This document shows positions 1 through 19,399 of a stretch of 64,000 bases of DNA, one piece after another. Made by a program: the position numbers and the translations under genes. The stretch comes from the human T2T-CHM13v2.0 reference genome, Homo sapiens. How positions within the stretch are numbered: position 1 is the stretch's first letter; every line of letters starts with the position of its first letter. The stretch lies in assembly GCF_009914755.1 (NCBI RefSeq), contig NC_060927.1; one strand, 5' to 3'. The notes beneath the pieces were generated by a model, which did no database searches, was not told the origin of the DNA, and saw only the letters and a program-made list of their open reading frames with translations.

Positions 1-419
1 TGAGAGAAAACACAAGTCCAGGATTTCATGTTGCTTTTTCCACTTAATCAAATCTTATTTTCTTGATTATATGTGTAATAATTACTTTAGCCATCAGTTA
101 TCTGCAACTCTAATAATACTGATTGTTTAGAACTTTTATCAGTTATGTATGTGTAACTTAGTTTGGAAATTTTAGTTGTATGTGTCTGTGTGTGAAGTTT
201 CAAAAAATAAATATGATTAGTATTCACTTATATTAATCTTCTCTCTCTTGCTGTTTTATAAGTGTCTTTAAGGAAAAGATGTTGTATGCTTCTTTTCTGC
301 CTTTATGTCTACTAGAATTTTTCTTATAGTACTTAGTACTTTACCCAAGTTCTGTATGTACTTTATTAATTTAGAAAGAATACCAAGGGTGTGGAAATGC
401 ATATGACATTAATTACTAA

Positions 420-490
420 TTCAGTCAACAGATATTTATTGAGTACTTACTTTATGCTGGTCACTATGCTAGCATTGGGAATACAATAGC
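420..490 (-). mobile_element. L2 3'-end fragment (ancient)
   Basis: ttcagtcaacagatatttattgagtacttact...gctggtcactatgctag resembles the reverse complement of the L2 3' tail. Confidence 0.6.
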
Positions 491-506
491 TTGGGAAAAT
501 GAAATA

Positions 507-832
507 CAGTCAGCCCTCCGTATCCATAAATTCCATATCCTTGGATTCAACTAACTATAATAGGAAATATTTTAAAAACAAAAAATAATTTTAAAACAAT
601 ATAATAATTTATAATAATACAAATAAAAAGACAGTATAGTATAACTACTTACATATCATTTACATTCTATTAGTAATCTAGGGATGATTTTAAGTATATG
701 GGAGGATATTCATAGGTTGTATGCAAATAGTATGCTGTTTTATATAAGGGACTTGAGCATCTGTGGATTTTAGAATCTGAGGGAGTGTGGGAGTTCTCTA
801 ACTAATCCCCAGTGGATACCGAGGGATGGCTG
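507..832 (-). mobile_element. MER2 (TcMar-Tigger) non-autonomous DNA transposon
   Basis: Imperfect TIRs CAGTCAGCCCTCCGTATCC / GGATACCGAGGGATGGCTG, TA on both sides (505-506, 833-834), interior resembles MER2. Confidence 0.88.
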
Positions 833-944
833 TAATTACTTTTGAATCTTATCTGACTCAAAACTACAGAGTTAACCTGAAAATATAAAAGAAAATTTAA
901 ACCTTTCTTGCTTTAAATTGATTTAAATAGTATATGCAAGAGGG

Positions 945-1160
945 CAATACAGTGCAATGATTGAGAACGTTTTTCGTAGTTAGACCTTGGTTTTGAGTTC
1001 TGTGACTTGAGCAAGTATCTCAATCTCTCAAGGCCTGTTTCACCATGTGTAAATTGAAAAATCAATACACTTTTTATAGGATTAAATGAAATAATGTGTA
1101 TAAAATGCTTGCCTTGGGGTTTGGCACATAGAAAGCCTTCAGATGGTAGCTCTTACTTAA
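945..1160. mobile_element. MIR SINE
   Basis: MIR core: tgtgacttgagcaagtatctcaatctctc...ggattaaatgaaataatgtgtataaaatgctt. Confidence 0.7.
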
Positions 1161-1365
1161 ATTATTCTTTTAATTGGCTATGTGAGGAGGAAATAGGACT
1201 TCATCTTACCAGAAATTATAGTCTGATATGGGTCAGAAAAATTATGTTTTTTAAGTGTTGTTAGTATAATAATTTTATATCAGAATAGTTTTTCTTTGGA
1301 ATATAGAATGATATAACCTATCTACTTTTTTCCCCCTCTACTTGTTTTAATTGTTATTTTATTAG

Positions 1366-1489
1366 GCTATTCATTCAATTGATTGGCATCATGAGGGCAA
1401 ACAGTTCATGTGCAGCCATTCAGATGGTAGTTTGACTTTATGGAACCTGAAAAGCCCAAGTCGCCCTTTCCAGACCACAATTCCACATG
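1366..1489 (+). CDS. STXBP5L: Tomosyn-2 (syntaxin-binding protein 5-like) internal coding exon, 124 nt, phase 0 to phase 1
   Basis: Pyrimidine tract + AG (1364-1365), donor G|GTAAG at 1490; translates AIHSIDWHHEGKQFMCSHSDGSLTLWNLKSPSRPFQTTIPH(G), recognised as the tomosyn-2 WD40 repeat (the STXBP5 paralog reads AIHSVAWHHEGKQFICSHSDG). Not in the ORF track. Confidence 0.95.
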
Positions 1490-3214
1490 GTAAGATGTAT
1501 GCTTTCAAAAGGAATAAACACTGGCAATTCAGTGCCTTGACTTGAAGTAAGAGAGATGGTATTAATGCGTTTGGTAGAAAAAAGTAATAGGACATAGCTT
1601 CTGGTTCTAAACATCCCTTTTATACCACCTACAGATCCCAACATTGTACCCCAAACTTTCCATACTTCCCTTCTTCCTACCAACCCACATCCCTGTTTTG
1701 TAAGCTGTAGTTATGTACTGTCCCAACCAAAAATTGGATAATGGATGGTTGATATATCTGGGGCAGAGGAGATAATATAGGAAATTTTGTCACTTTTAAG
1801 GGCTGAGGAGCCAGTGAGAGAATGGCACTATTTAGATGTGACTTTCAGAGTTAATTCCTATACTACTTTATAGTCTGTTGTTTTCTAGATTCTCCCACTT
1901 GTTTCCATTTCTGCCATTTGATTCCAGTAAGTTATGAAGACTGTGGTTTTAATTTTAGGTTTTACTTTTCTTATTGCCTTCCACATTGAGAAGAGCATTT
2001 TAATCCTAAATGAGGATTTTAATCTTAATTGAGGATTTATATTGGATCTGTATACCTAATGGGGAAGAATAAGCAATTCAAATGTATAAATATATATAAT
2101 TCAGATGACTAAATTATTTGATAATATTGGTGATGATCTGAGTTCTATGTTTACCTCATATCATTGATTATTTGTAATAATAGATATGTCAGAAACTAAC
2201 AGTTGATCAAACATATTCTATGTTACAGTTTCTGAGCGTTCGTTATCATGTCACATTTGGAAAGTAGTGGTATGTTTTCTGTAATGGGTGACCCATAGAT
2301 CACAAGCATTCTTAGAATTATTTCATGCTGTTTGTCTGCCATTTTTTTGTACCATAGTTACATGCTCCATCAGTAAATGATCAAATTATTGCAACATTCT
2401 TCCAGGATGTAAATGTTTTAGTCTTTAGCTGGTTTACTTAGAGATTACTTTACATTTAGATGCTTACTTAGAGATGCTTTATTTAGAGATTGCCATTACA
2501 GAAACCTTGGGTAGATATTAGCTATACATACCACTCAGGATTAACTATTTATTTCTACGATAGGGGATAAGTTCTGTCCACACACCCCCAGCTAACCCCC
2601 AATACTCATGCCTTTTATATGTAAAAGTATAATATGAGCTAGTCATAAATTTTCTACTTACTTCCTTATGTTCTTCTCAAATATCAGTTTCTATTAGTTC
2701 TTTTGGCTAGACTGGACATTTGATACTTTTATTTTTTTTACCATATCCATATTTATTTCATCAGTTTGGATTGTTTTCTATTATTCTGCTTTTCTGTTGA
2801 AATAAAGTTCTGTTTACAGGTTGTTCAACACATCAGCCTTGATGTCTTTTATAACATATAAAACAGGAATAGATTATATTCCTGTTGCCTCACAATAACA
2901 TAAGCACCAGTGATTTTGATAATAGAGGCATTTATTGTCATCTATTGACATTCTTTGGGTTTATTTTTTTCCCTTTTGTTTTAGCCATTTTTATTTTCTA
3001 AAATAAAACTTTTCTCTAAGTACCACTTTAGATATATCCTATAAGTCTTTAAATGTAATATTATTAATCATATATAATTTTCATTAATATTTAGTTTGAG
3101 ATATTTTCTATAATTCCTATTATAATTCTCCTTTGACCCATTAGTTATTTAGACATGTGCTTTCTAATTTCTAAACATTTTCATTTTTATTATTTGTGTT
3201 ATTATTATTAATAA

Positions 3215-3333
3215 AAGATGGGTCTTACTATGTTGCCCAGGCTGGTCCTAAGCTTCTGGAGGCCTCAAGTGATCCTCCCTCTTTGGCCTCACAAAGTGCT
3301 AAAATTATAGGTGTGAGCAACCACACCCAACCT
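3215..3333 (-). mobile_element. Alu monomer (FLAM-like)
   Basis: Single left-arm Alu sequence ggtcttactatgttgcccaggctggtc...gtgagcaaccacacccaacc. Confidence 0.75.
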
Positions 3334-3462
3334 CAATTTCTAAGCATGTTTTTTATGATGGATTTTAAAATTGTAGCCAGAGAATATGACATAACTAGTT
3401 CTACAAAATCTACTGAGATTTGCTTTATAATCAGTGCAGAGCCAATTACCATAGCATTCTAA

Positions 3463-3793
<331 letters not shown>

Positions 3794-4182
3794 GACATTT
3801 TCTAATTGTTACATAAAGGTCAAACTTGAAATTGTGTTTTTCATTTTGTATGGTTTAAATTGTTGCTAATTTTTTGTTCTGATATTTCAATTCTTAGAGA
3901 AGCGAGTTAACATTTCTCTTATAATGGATTTTCCTTTGTAATTCTGTTCATTTTTGTTTTATGTATTTTAAAAAACAAATAGGTCAGGGTAGTTGATGGT
4001 GTTTTCCAGATTCCCTGTAATTGAACTGATACTTGTCTAGTGCTATCAATTGCTGAGAGAGTGCTATTAAATTTCCTAATATGATTATAGAAGTGCACGC
4101 TTCTCAGTTTAATTCTGCCCATTTTTGCTTTATTTATTTTGGGGATCTATTATTAGGCATCCATTACATATCCTATAAAGAG

Positions 4183-4502
4183 CATAGTCCACCTTTTGTA
4201 TACACAGATTCTTCACCCAAAGATTCAACAAAACCAAAGATCAAAAGTGTTCTGAGAAAAAAAATTAAAAATACAAAAATTTAAAATAATACAAATAAAA
4301 AGAAACAATACAGTATCACAACTATTTGCATAGTGTCACACTGTATTGCATATAAGTAATCTAGAGATGATTTAAAGTATACAGGAGGATGTATGTAGAT
4401 TATATGCAAATATTATGCCATTTTATATAACAGACTTAAGCATTTGTGGATTTGGGTATAGGAGGGGGAGTCCTGGAATCAACGGATACTGGGAATAACC
4501 AT
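4183..4502 (-). mobile_element. Second MER2 copy, lying within old antisense L1 sequence
   Basis: Shares the interior of the 507-832 copy (agtaatctagagatgatttaaagtatac, tatgcaaat, gacttaagcatt); TIRs degenerate. Confidence 0.75.
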
Positions 4503-6157
4503 AGTTGAGTCTTGTGCTTTTATCTAGTCAGAGTTCAATCTATTAATATTAAATGTAAGTACTGATGAGATTGAATTTTGGCCTACCACTTTATTATTTG
4601 TTTTGTGGGTCCCGTCATATTTTTCCCTCTTTCCTCTTTTTGCCTTCTTGGAGGTTATTTCAATATTTTCTAGTAGAATTCCATTTTAATTTAAATATTA
4701 ATCTAAGCATTTTATTTTCACATATTTTTTATTGGTTGCTCCAGGGATTACAATATACTTCCTTAACTATTCAAAGCCTATTAGAGCTAACATTGTAACA
4801 CTTCACATAAAATTTGCAAATCTTGTAACCATGTAGATCTATTTCTCTTCCCCTACTGTCCTTTACGCTATGGTTATCATATAGTACATCCAAATATATT
4901 GTTATAATTTTTGCTTTAAATCATCATGTCTTTTTTTAATTAAGAGGAAAAACAGTCTTTTGAATTTTCTTTGCTATTTATCATTTTCATTTGTTCCTGA
5001 AGATACAAGAACATTATTTAATTTTTCTTGTAGGCCTAGTGGAAATGAATTCACATAGCTTACTTTATCTGGAAGTTCAGTTTTGTTTTGTTTTGCTTTT
5101 GCTTTTTTTTTTTTGCTTTCCTTTTTTGGAGGCCATTTTTCCTGGATTTAGATTCCTGAAGTGACACTTTGTGTGGGCATGTGTGTTTTGGTTTTAAGGT
5201 GATGAACACTTTACATGATCTTCTGCCTTCCATAATTTCTGAATGAGGAATCTGTAGTAGCTTGAATTTTGCTTCCTCTTTATATAATGTGTCACTTTTC
5301 TCCAATTGCTTTCAAAATTTTGCGGGGTATCTTTTATTTTCAGCAATTTGACTACTTTATGTCTAGGCTTGGTTTCTTCAAGTTCATTCTGTTAAGGGTT
5401 CTACCAAGATTCTCATATATATATATATGATATATAATTTGCTGGATCATCAGCTGTTTTACTCAAGATTAGCACTGTTGATGGCATTGTTCTTATAGCT
5501 GGTTGCTGCTGTTGCTGCAAACATCGATTTTTCCTATTCAATGATTTCAAATATGTATTTATGGTTTCAAATGTGTATTTTTCAATTGCAGTGCTACCAG
5601 TTACATATGCAATCATACACACATACATATACAACACATATCTATATATATGACATTAAACCAAATCCTATCAAATACTTAATAGTGAAAATTTTGCTCA
5701 GAAGCAGGACAGGGGTGTCCACAATTACCGCTTTTATTTAATATTTTCCTGGAAATACTAGCCAATATTATTAGACTTGAAAATGAAATATGATATTTAA
5801 AAATTTAGAAAGAGTATTCAAAATTTTAGTTTCTTATGATGCAATTAGACAACACAAAACAAAAATGAATTAGGAAAACTATTACATGTAACAGTAGAAT
5901 TCTGTACACAAAACAAACAAAATATAATGGATGAATAGAACCATTTTAGATCACAGCACCCACAAGAATACATGGGAATAAGCCTTAATGTACATGTGAA
6001 GTATTATTTCTAATACAGAACATACAAGAGAAAACTTGAATAAATTAAAAACATATCATATGTATGCATACTAAATTCAATGGTATGAAGACGTTGATTT
6101 CCCACATATTACTTTGTAAATTCAGTTTGTTCCCAAGAAAAATAATTACAGGGTTTT

Positions 6158-7463
6158 CCCTGACAAAAATGTGCAATGGGGAAAGGGTTCCCTATTTAAT
6201 AAATGGTGCTGGGAAAACTGGCTAGTGATATGCAGAAAACTGAACTGGACTCCTTCCTTATACCTTATATAAAAATCAACTCAAGGTGGATTAAAGACTT
6301 AAACGTAAGACCTAAAACCATAAAAACCCTAGAAGAAAACCTAGGCAATACCATTCAGGACATAGGCATGGGCAAAGACTTCATGACTAAAACAACAAAA
6401 GCAATGGCAACAAAAGGCAAAATTGACAAATGGGATCTAATTAAACTAAAGAGCTTCTGCAAAGCAAAAGAAACTGCCATCAGAGTGAATAGGCAACCCA
6501 CAGAATGGGAGAAAATTTTTGCAATCTATCCATCTGACAAAGGGCTAATATCTAGAATCTACAAGGAATTTAAACACATTTACAAGAAAAAAATCAAACA
6601 ACCCCATCAAAAAGTAGGCAAAGAATATGAACAGACACTTCTCAAAAGAAGACATTCATGCAACCAACAAATATATGAAAAAAGGCTCATCATCACTGGT
6701 CATTAGAGAAATGCAAATCAAAACCACAATGAGATACCATCTCACACCAATTAGAATGGCGATGATTAAAAGTCAGGAAACAACAGATGCTGGAGAGGAT
6801 GTGGAGAAATAGGAATGCTTTTACACTGTTGGTGGGAGTGTAAATTAGTTCAACCATTGTGGAAGACAGTCTGGCGATTCCTCAAGAATCTAGAACCAGA
6901 AATAGCATTTGACCCAGCAATCCCATTACTGGATATATATCCAAAGGATTATAAATCATTCTACTATAAAGACACATGCACATGTATGTTTATTGTAGCA
7001 CTATTCACAATAGCAAAGACTTGGAACCAACCCAAATGTCCATCAGTGATAGACTGGATAAAGAAAATGTGGCACATATACACCGTGGAATACTATGCAG
7101 CCATAAAAAAGAATGAGTTCATGTCCTTTGTAGGGACATGGATGAAGCTGGAAACCATCATTCTCAGCAAACTAACACAGGAACGGAAAACCAAACACTG
7201 CATGTTCTCACTCATAAGTGGGGAATTGAGCAGTGAGAACACATGGACACAGGGAAGGGAACATCACATAGTAGGGTCTCTCGGTGGATGGGGGGCAAGG
7301 AGAGGGAAAGCATTAGGACAAATACCTAATGCATGCCGGGCTTAAAACCTAGATGATGGGTTGATGGGTGCAGCAAACCACCATGGCACATGATTACCTA
7401 TGTAACAAACCTGCACTTTCTGCACATACATCCCAGAGCTTAAAATTTAATAAACAATAAAAC
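6158..7463 (+). mobile_element. 5'-truncated L1 (L1PA8-like), ORF2 C-terminus + 3'UTR
   Basis: ORF2 peptides [31 protein letters not shown]; 3'UTR cctaatgcatgccgggcttaaaacctag; 22-bp TSD agaaaaataattacagggtttt (6136-6157, 7464-7485). Confidence 0.93.
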
Positions 7464-8024
7464 AGAAAAATAATTACAGGGTTTTTAAAATTAGATGAGC
7501 AAATATGTAGCAAAGATAAACACAGTATGAAAATTATTTAAACAAGAAGTACTGGTTAATTACAGGCAGTTTGGAAGGTTTGATGCCCTGAATGATTCTT
7601 ACTGAAATAAATAAAACGTTGAATATATCATGTTTTTTTTTTTAATTTTAAATGTCACTGAGATGGTAAGCATGAGAATAAGGAATCTAAAGACTCCAAA
7701 AGAGAATGTTAAACTAGAAACTCTGAGAGATAAGTGACGATAGATTTTGTTCTAAATTTTCTGCTATACTTTGGAGAGCTTAAACTTTGTTCTTTAAAAA
7801 ACAGGTTTATTGGGGTATAGTTCACAACAGCAATTTAAAGTATAAGCTTCAATGATTTTTTAATATATTCATAGTTGTGCAGTCATCAACACAATTCTTT
7901 TAATCGTTTAATAAATTTAGAACATTTTCATCACTCCCCCCAAAAACCCCATACCCACTAGCAGTTCATTTCCATCCCCACTCCTTCATCCCTAGGAAAT
8001 CACTAATCTTTTTCTATCTCTTTA

Positions 8025-9030
8025 TAACTCCATTAAAAAATGAGTGAAGGATCTGAATACACATTTCTCCAAAGAACACATAAAAATGGCCAACACGTAT
8101 GTAAAAAGGTGCTCAACATCATTTATCATCAAGGAAATGCCAATCAAAACCACTATGAGAAATCATCTTACACCTATTAGGATGGCTGTTATCAAAAAGA
8201 AATCATCTCACACCTATTAGGATGGCTGTTATCAAAAAGAGATAACAAATGTTGGCAGGTATATAGAGAAAATGGAATCTTTGTAAACTATTGGTGAGAA
8301 TGTAGATTGGTACAGTCATTATGGAAAACTAATAGGGTATGGAGGTTCCTAAATAAATTAAAAATAGAACTAAGATAGAAACCCAGCAGTTTCTCTTATA
8401 GGTATATACCCAAAGGAAATGAAATCACCACCCTATAAAGTTATCTGCACTCCCATGTTCATGACAATATTCACAATAGCCAAGATATGGAAACAGCCTA
8501 AGTGTCTGTTGACTGATGCATGGGTAAAGAAACCAAGGTATTTAAATACAATGTAATTTTATGCAGCCTTAAAAAGGAAAGATATCCTGTCATTTGCCAC
8601 AACATAGCTGAACCTGGAGGACATTATGCTAAGTGAAATAAGCTAGACACAGAAGGAAAAGTATTGCATTGTCTCACATGTGAAATTTTTTTTAAAAAGT
8701 CAAATATACTGAGAGAATAAAACAGTGGTTACCAGGGGCAGGAGAGCCTGGGGGAGAAAACAGGGAGATGTAGGTCAGAGGATACAAAGTAGCAGATATA
8801 TAGAAGAAAAAGTTGAAATCTAATCCACAGCATAAGGACTAAAGTTAATAAAATTGTATTTGAGATTTCTGCTAAGAATTTTAGCTGTTTTTGCCACCAA
8901 AAAAATGGTTAAATATGGGAGATGATGGATATGTTAACTTGCCTCACTATAGTAACATGTTTACCATCTATGTACATTCCATAACGTCATGTTGTATACC
9001 TTAAATATATACGATAAAATTTACTTTTAA
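8025..9030 (+). mobile_element. Old L1 (L1MA/MB-type) 3' end
   Basis: Degenerate ORF2 C-terminus and L1M 3'UTR (gacattatgctaagtgaaataagc, gtataccttaaatatatac). Confidence 0.8.
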
Positions 9031-9413
9031 AAATGAAGTGTTTCGGCTGTAGGTAAGGTTAAAAAAAGTGTATGCTTTAAAAGTTTGGAAGTTCCTTTAG
9101 TTTATATATGAATGTTTTTTCATCTTTTGCTAATCTCTGAATGCCTCCATTACACCCACATTATTGAAAGATGTTTTATCTGCATATATATAATTCCGCA
9201 TTGGGAACTATTTTCCCCCAGCACTATGATGATATTATACAATGTTTGCCAGGCTACCATTTTATTGTTGGAAGTGTTCAGTCACACAATTTTCATTCTT
9301 TTGTGGTGATTCATCCTTTCTGTGACTTCTATTACAATTTTATCCGTACCTTTGATGTTTTATGATTTCATTGAAGTGGTTTAGGTTGGACATCTCTTTC
9401 CTTATCCTGCTTT

Positions 9414-9734
9414 TGTTGTAGGAAAAACTGGTTCTTATAACACGACCATGAAATGTTAGGCTCGCAGACACTTTGAAGGGTGAGAAGAGCAGGGTTTATT
9501 GGGTGAAAAGGAAAAAAAGGGAAACAAGGACTCTCAGCAAAGCGAGAGTCCTGCTAACAGGCTTCCTGTCTCACAGATTGGACCCCAGGTTACCACTCCC
9601 AAACAGAAGAGGTCAGGCTCCTCCCCACTGCAAATGGTGCGAACTTCCCGAGGCTCCACCCCAGTGTGCATTCCTCCCAGTGGGCAGGCCGGTTGGAGAT
9701 TCTCCGGGCACCCCTTTATACTTGGCTTGTCTCA
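9414..9734 (-). mobile_element. ERV1 solo LTR, MER61-like
   Basis: TG...CA ends; the reverse complement starts tgagacaagcc...ggtggagcctcgggaagttcgc as in MER61; ~320 bp. Confidence 0.7.
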
Positions 9735-9879
9735 TTTTGGAATACATTGGGTTTTTTTGATTTATAGATTTATATTTTTTATTTGTTATGAAAAGTTACC
9801 GCTATTTTCTCTTTAAATATCGCCCCTGTTCCATTCTATTCTCTTCTCAAATGTATTTTAGACATATTAAGATTTTCAC

Positions 9880-10170
9880 TTTTTTTTTTCTTTTTTTGAG
9901 ACAGGGTCTGGCTCTGTCACCCAGGCTGGAGTGCAGTGGTGTGATCCCACCACAGAGGTGTAACCTCTGCCTCTTGGACTCAAGTGATACTCCCTCCTGA
10001 GTAGCTGGGACTACAGGTGTGTGCCACCACACCCAGCTAATTTTTATACTTTTTGTAGACACAGGTTTTCGAATGTTGCCTGGGCTGGTCTCAAATTCTT
10101 GGGCTCAAATGATCCTTCAACCTCAGCCTCCCAAAGTGCTGGGATTACAGGCATGACCACCGTTCCTGGC
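9880..10170 (-). mobile_element. AluJ-type element
   Basis: Diverged Alu dimer with poly(T) at the left end. Confidence 0.85.
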
Positions 10171-11353
10171 TTTCATATATTTCAATATAATGTTTGTTTC
10201 TGTCTCCTTGCTTTTCTGTACTGCATTCTGGGTAATTTTTTTCAGATATAACTTCTTTCACTAATTTTCTCTTCAGCTATGTATATTCTGCTTTTTGTGA
10301 AATTAATTTTCTTAATTTCTATAATTAGTTTTTGTTTCTAAAGTTAATTTTGCAGATTATAATTTTACATATTCATAATTTGCAAATCTAATAATCTTTT
10401 GGTCTTTGGGATAATATCCTTTATTTCTTTAATCATTACATACACATGTCTTCTATATTCTGGGTCCTACTATTCTAATGTCTGCATTTATTGGAAGTAT
10501 AAAGCTGTTTACTGTTTCTGCTGATTTTTATCATAGTGTCTAACTTCCTTTTAGTGTAATGATATTGGGTTGAAAGGTCATTGCTCAATATTAATACATA
10601 GAGTAGGATTAGATTGAGGATTTTGAAAGTTTTTCAGAGAGAGTCTTCTCTTGCTTCTCTGACTTACTTAGAGATGAAACGACAAAATATCTGCAACTTA
10701 TTCTCAAATAGCTCAGAAGTGAAATAATAGCATATAAAGAGAAAGAATATGATAAGGCAATTGTGGAAATAAAGAACTAGAGAACTTGGGTAAATGATAT
10801 AGAAGAGATTTTTTAAGTAAATTTTCCTTAATTCTATATCAAAATAAAACTGTTCAGAAAAAAACGAAGGAGCCTAAAAATATGCCAGACTAGAATTAGC
10901 AGTCTTTTGAGGATACCATTTCTGAAATAAAGGAGGATATGACTCTTGGAGTCCAAGTGGTAAAGAGAAACAAGGAAGCAAGCATTGAAAATAGAGGGTC
11001 CTCCAGAAACAAAAGAAAATTACAAAATCAGAACACATATCAACACCTCCACACACACATAAATGAAGTACAATTAATAAAACTGTACTTTGCCAAAATG
11101 AGAAGTTGCTCTAAACCTAAGAAATATAGTAAGCTAACCTAACTGCTTATGTGTTAATTCTGTTCCATAAAGAATACACATTTCAAATTAACAACCATTG
11201 GAATCCATCCTCATATAAAGATGGTATAAAAGAAAAAAGTAAATAGAAAATAAAGATATTTTAGCTGCTAAAAATTCTCATCAAAAACAACAACAGGTAG
11301 TTTAGATTTCACCTTCTAGATGTAGACCTGGAAAGAGTATAGATCCCACTTTA

Positions 11354-17220
<5,867 letters not shown>

Positions 17221-17327
17221 TAGAATAGTGCTCTCACTTCAGTAACAACAAAAAATGCTGGACAAACTTTAAATTAACAACTTTTATTAAACTTATCAGA
17301 GAACTCAGGTTGTAGGGCAAACAACTA

Positions 17328-18373
17328 TAGTTTACTTTCGAACAACATGAGTGTGAGGGGCACCAACTCCCCACCATGCAGTAAAAAATCTATGTATAAG
17401 TTTTGACTCTCCAAAAACTTAACAACTAATAGCCTACTGTTGACCAGAAGCTTTACAAATAACATAATCGATTAACAACTATTTTGTGTATTATATGTAT
17501 TATATACTGTACCCTTAGAGAAAAGAAAATGTTATTAAGAAAATCATAAGGAAGAGAAAATACATTTAGAATACTGTACTGTATTTATCAATATCATAAG
17601 TTTGTGTTATCTCTTTACAAGATGAATCGTGTCTGAAATGGTGGACAACTGCAGCTGCAGACCTTGATTTATAATATACACCATGCAATTCAGTTTTTTC
17701 TCATAATGTCATGACTTTTTTCTGCTTGTTAGGAACATTTCCAGCATCAGTAGTGGCACTTTGTATGGGTTCCATGACGCAATTTAAGGTTTTTGATATT
17801 GCACTAAACATGATGAAAAATATGTAAGAACCGGAGGGATCACCTTTTACTGTGATATGCAATATGCTGGAGAGATGAACTGCTCATACTGAGATGACTA
17901 GGGTCACATGGCATTTTAAGCAGATATTTGCAACACTTGAGCTTGCTGCAATAGCAATAGGAGGTGGCTTTGAAATTATTTCAGAGTTGTAGTGTGGATT
18001 ATAGTTAATATTATACCGTTATGGTTTAATACTGCATCTTTACAGTTTTTTGCATTTCTCTTGACTGCAAATGGCACCTGTACATTCTGTAAATATTTGT
18101 GTATATAAGTTTTAATAAATTTTAACTTCTATGATAGATTTGTATATATTTTATGGTAGTAAATGATAATATAGACTAGTATCTATATATTTTCTACATA
18201 TTCATGGCATAGCTTTTCCTTAGTTTTTTCTGATATTTTAGGCTAAAGCTGTTTGTCTGCCTGTTTTTTCAGATTGTCTTAAATCTCCAAAAACTTCCAA
18301 TATACTTATAGAAAAAAGTTTGTGCATAAGTTGGCCCATGCAGTCTAAACCCATGTTACTGAAAGGTCAACTG
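17328..18373 (-). mobile_element. Tigger2-family internally deleted DNA transposon (Tigger2b-like)
   Basis: Termini tagtttactttcgaacaaca / tgttactgaaaggtcaactg flanked by TA; minus strand retains a degenerate transposase N-terminus (~17640-17775). Confidence 0.8.
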
Positions 18374-19399
18374 TAATTTGAAATCTGGGGAGAGAAAGGT
18401 GCCAATTTGGGAGAAACAAGACCTGAATCTTCGCTTGCTTAGGGCGGACACCCTTGGAGGCCACTAAAGCCAATAGAAAGATTTTGCAAAAATTTTTAAA
18501 TGAATTTCTGAAAGTTGAATATGGACTAATATGAAGGTATAAAGCCCCCTGGGGCTACAGACATAAGGTCTTTGTACCGTCTTTCAGCATTTTCCTCCAT
18601 GACCTTACCAACCAACCACAGGGAAAATCAGAGTCAATCCAGGGAAAGCTTCCTTCAGGGTTCTTGCTGGAGAAAGGAAACAGCAGCCAAAGCCAAATGT
18701 CCTCTATTTATTTTATTGACAAAAGCCTGTAGAGGAAGAAGAGTAACAAAACTGTCAATTTAGGGCACTGGATGAAATTCACTGAGCTGGGGAAAGGGAA
18801 CAGGAAAAAAAACCCAGACAACCCTACCTTTAGAGGAATGGAAGGAATATATGCCAGGCCTGCACAACTACTGGAAGAGGGAGAGAAACACTTTTGAAGT
18901 TTATCCTGCAAAGAAACTGTGTTCACAGTACAAATAAGAGAACACTGTATCTACTGTCCACACACCAGTTTGCCAAAATTTAAACTATATGACATGTAAC
19001 AAGGAAAAATAACAATAGATACAACTGGACAAACTGTAGGAGACAGATTCTCTCTGGGGAACAAAGACTGAGAAAAACCCTCTGGCAAATAGCCCATGCC
19101 CTAAATACCAGACATCTCTAGAGAAATTTGAAGGTTTGGTGCACTGAAGGTAACCATAGCAACAATAAACTCCAAACCCACTGTAACTACTGGCTAGATT
19201 AATGCTAACACCCACACTAAAGGCCTAGAAAAAAATATGTTCATCTCCAAGCATAAAAATATTTATCTCCATATCTCTTGTCCTGTACATGTTCAACATT
19301 CCACATAAATTTATGAGGCATATGACAAGGCAAACACACACAGTCTCAAGAGGCAAAGCAAGCATGCTGATACATTTTAAATTTTAAGTTTTAAAATGT

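Noticed and set aside
1389-1683. Minus-strand ORFs of 68 and 81 aa
   Set aside because: Antisense shadows of the real + strand exon; no recognisable protein
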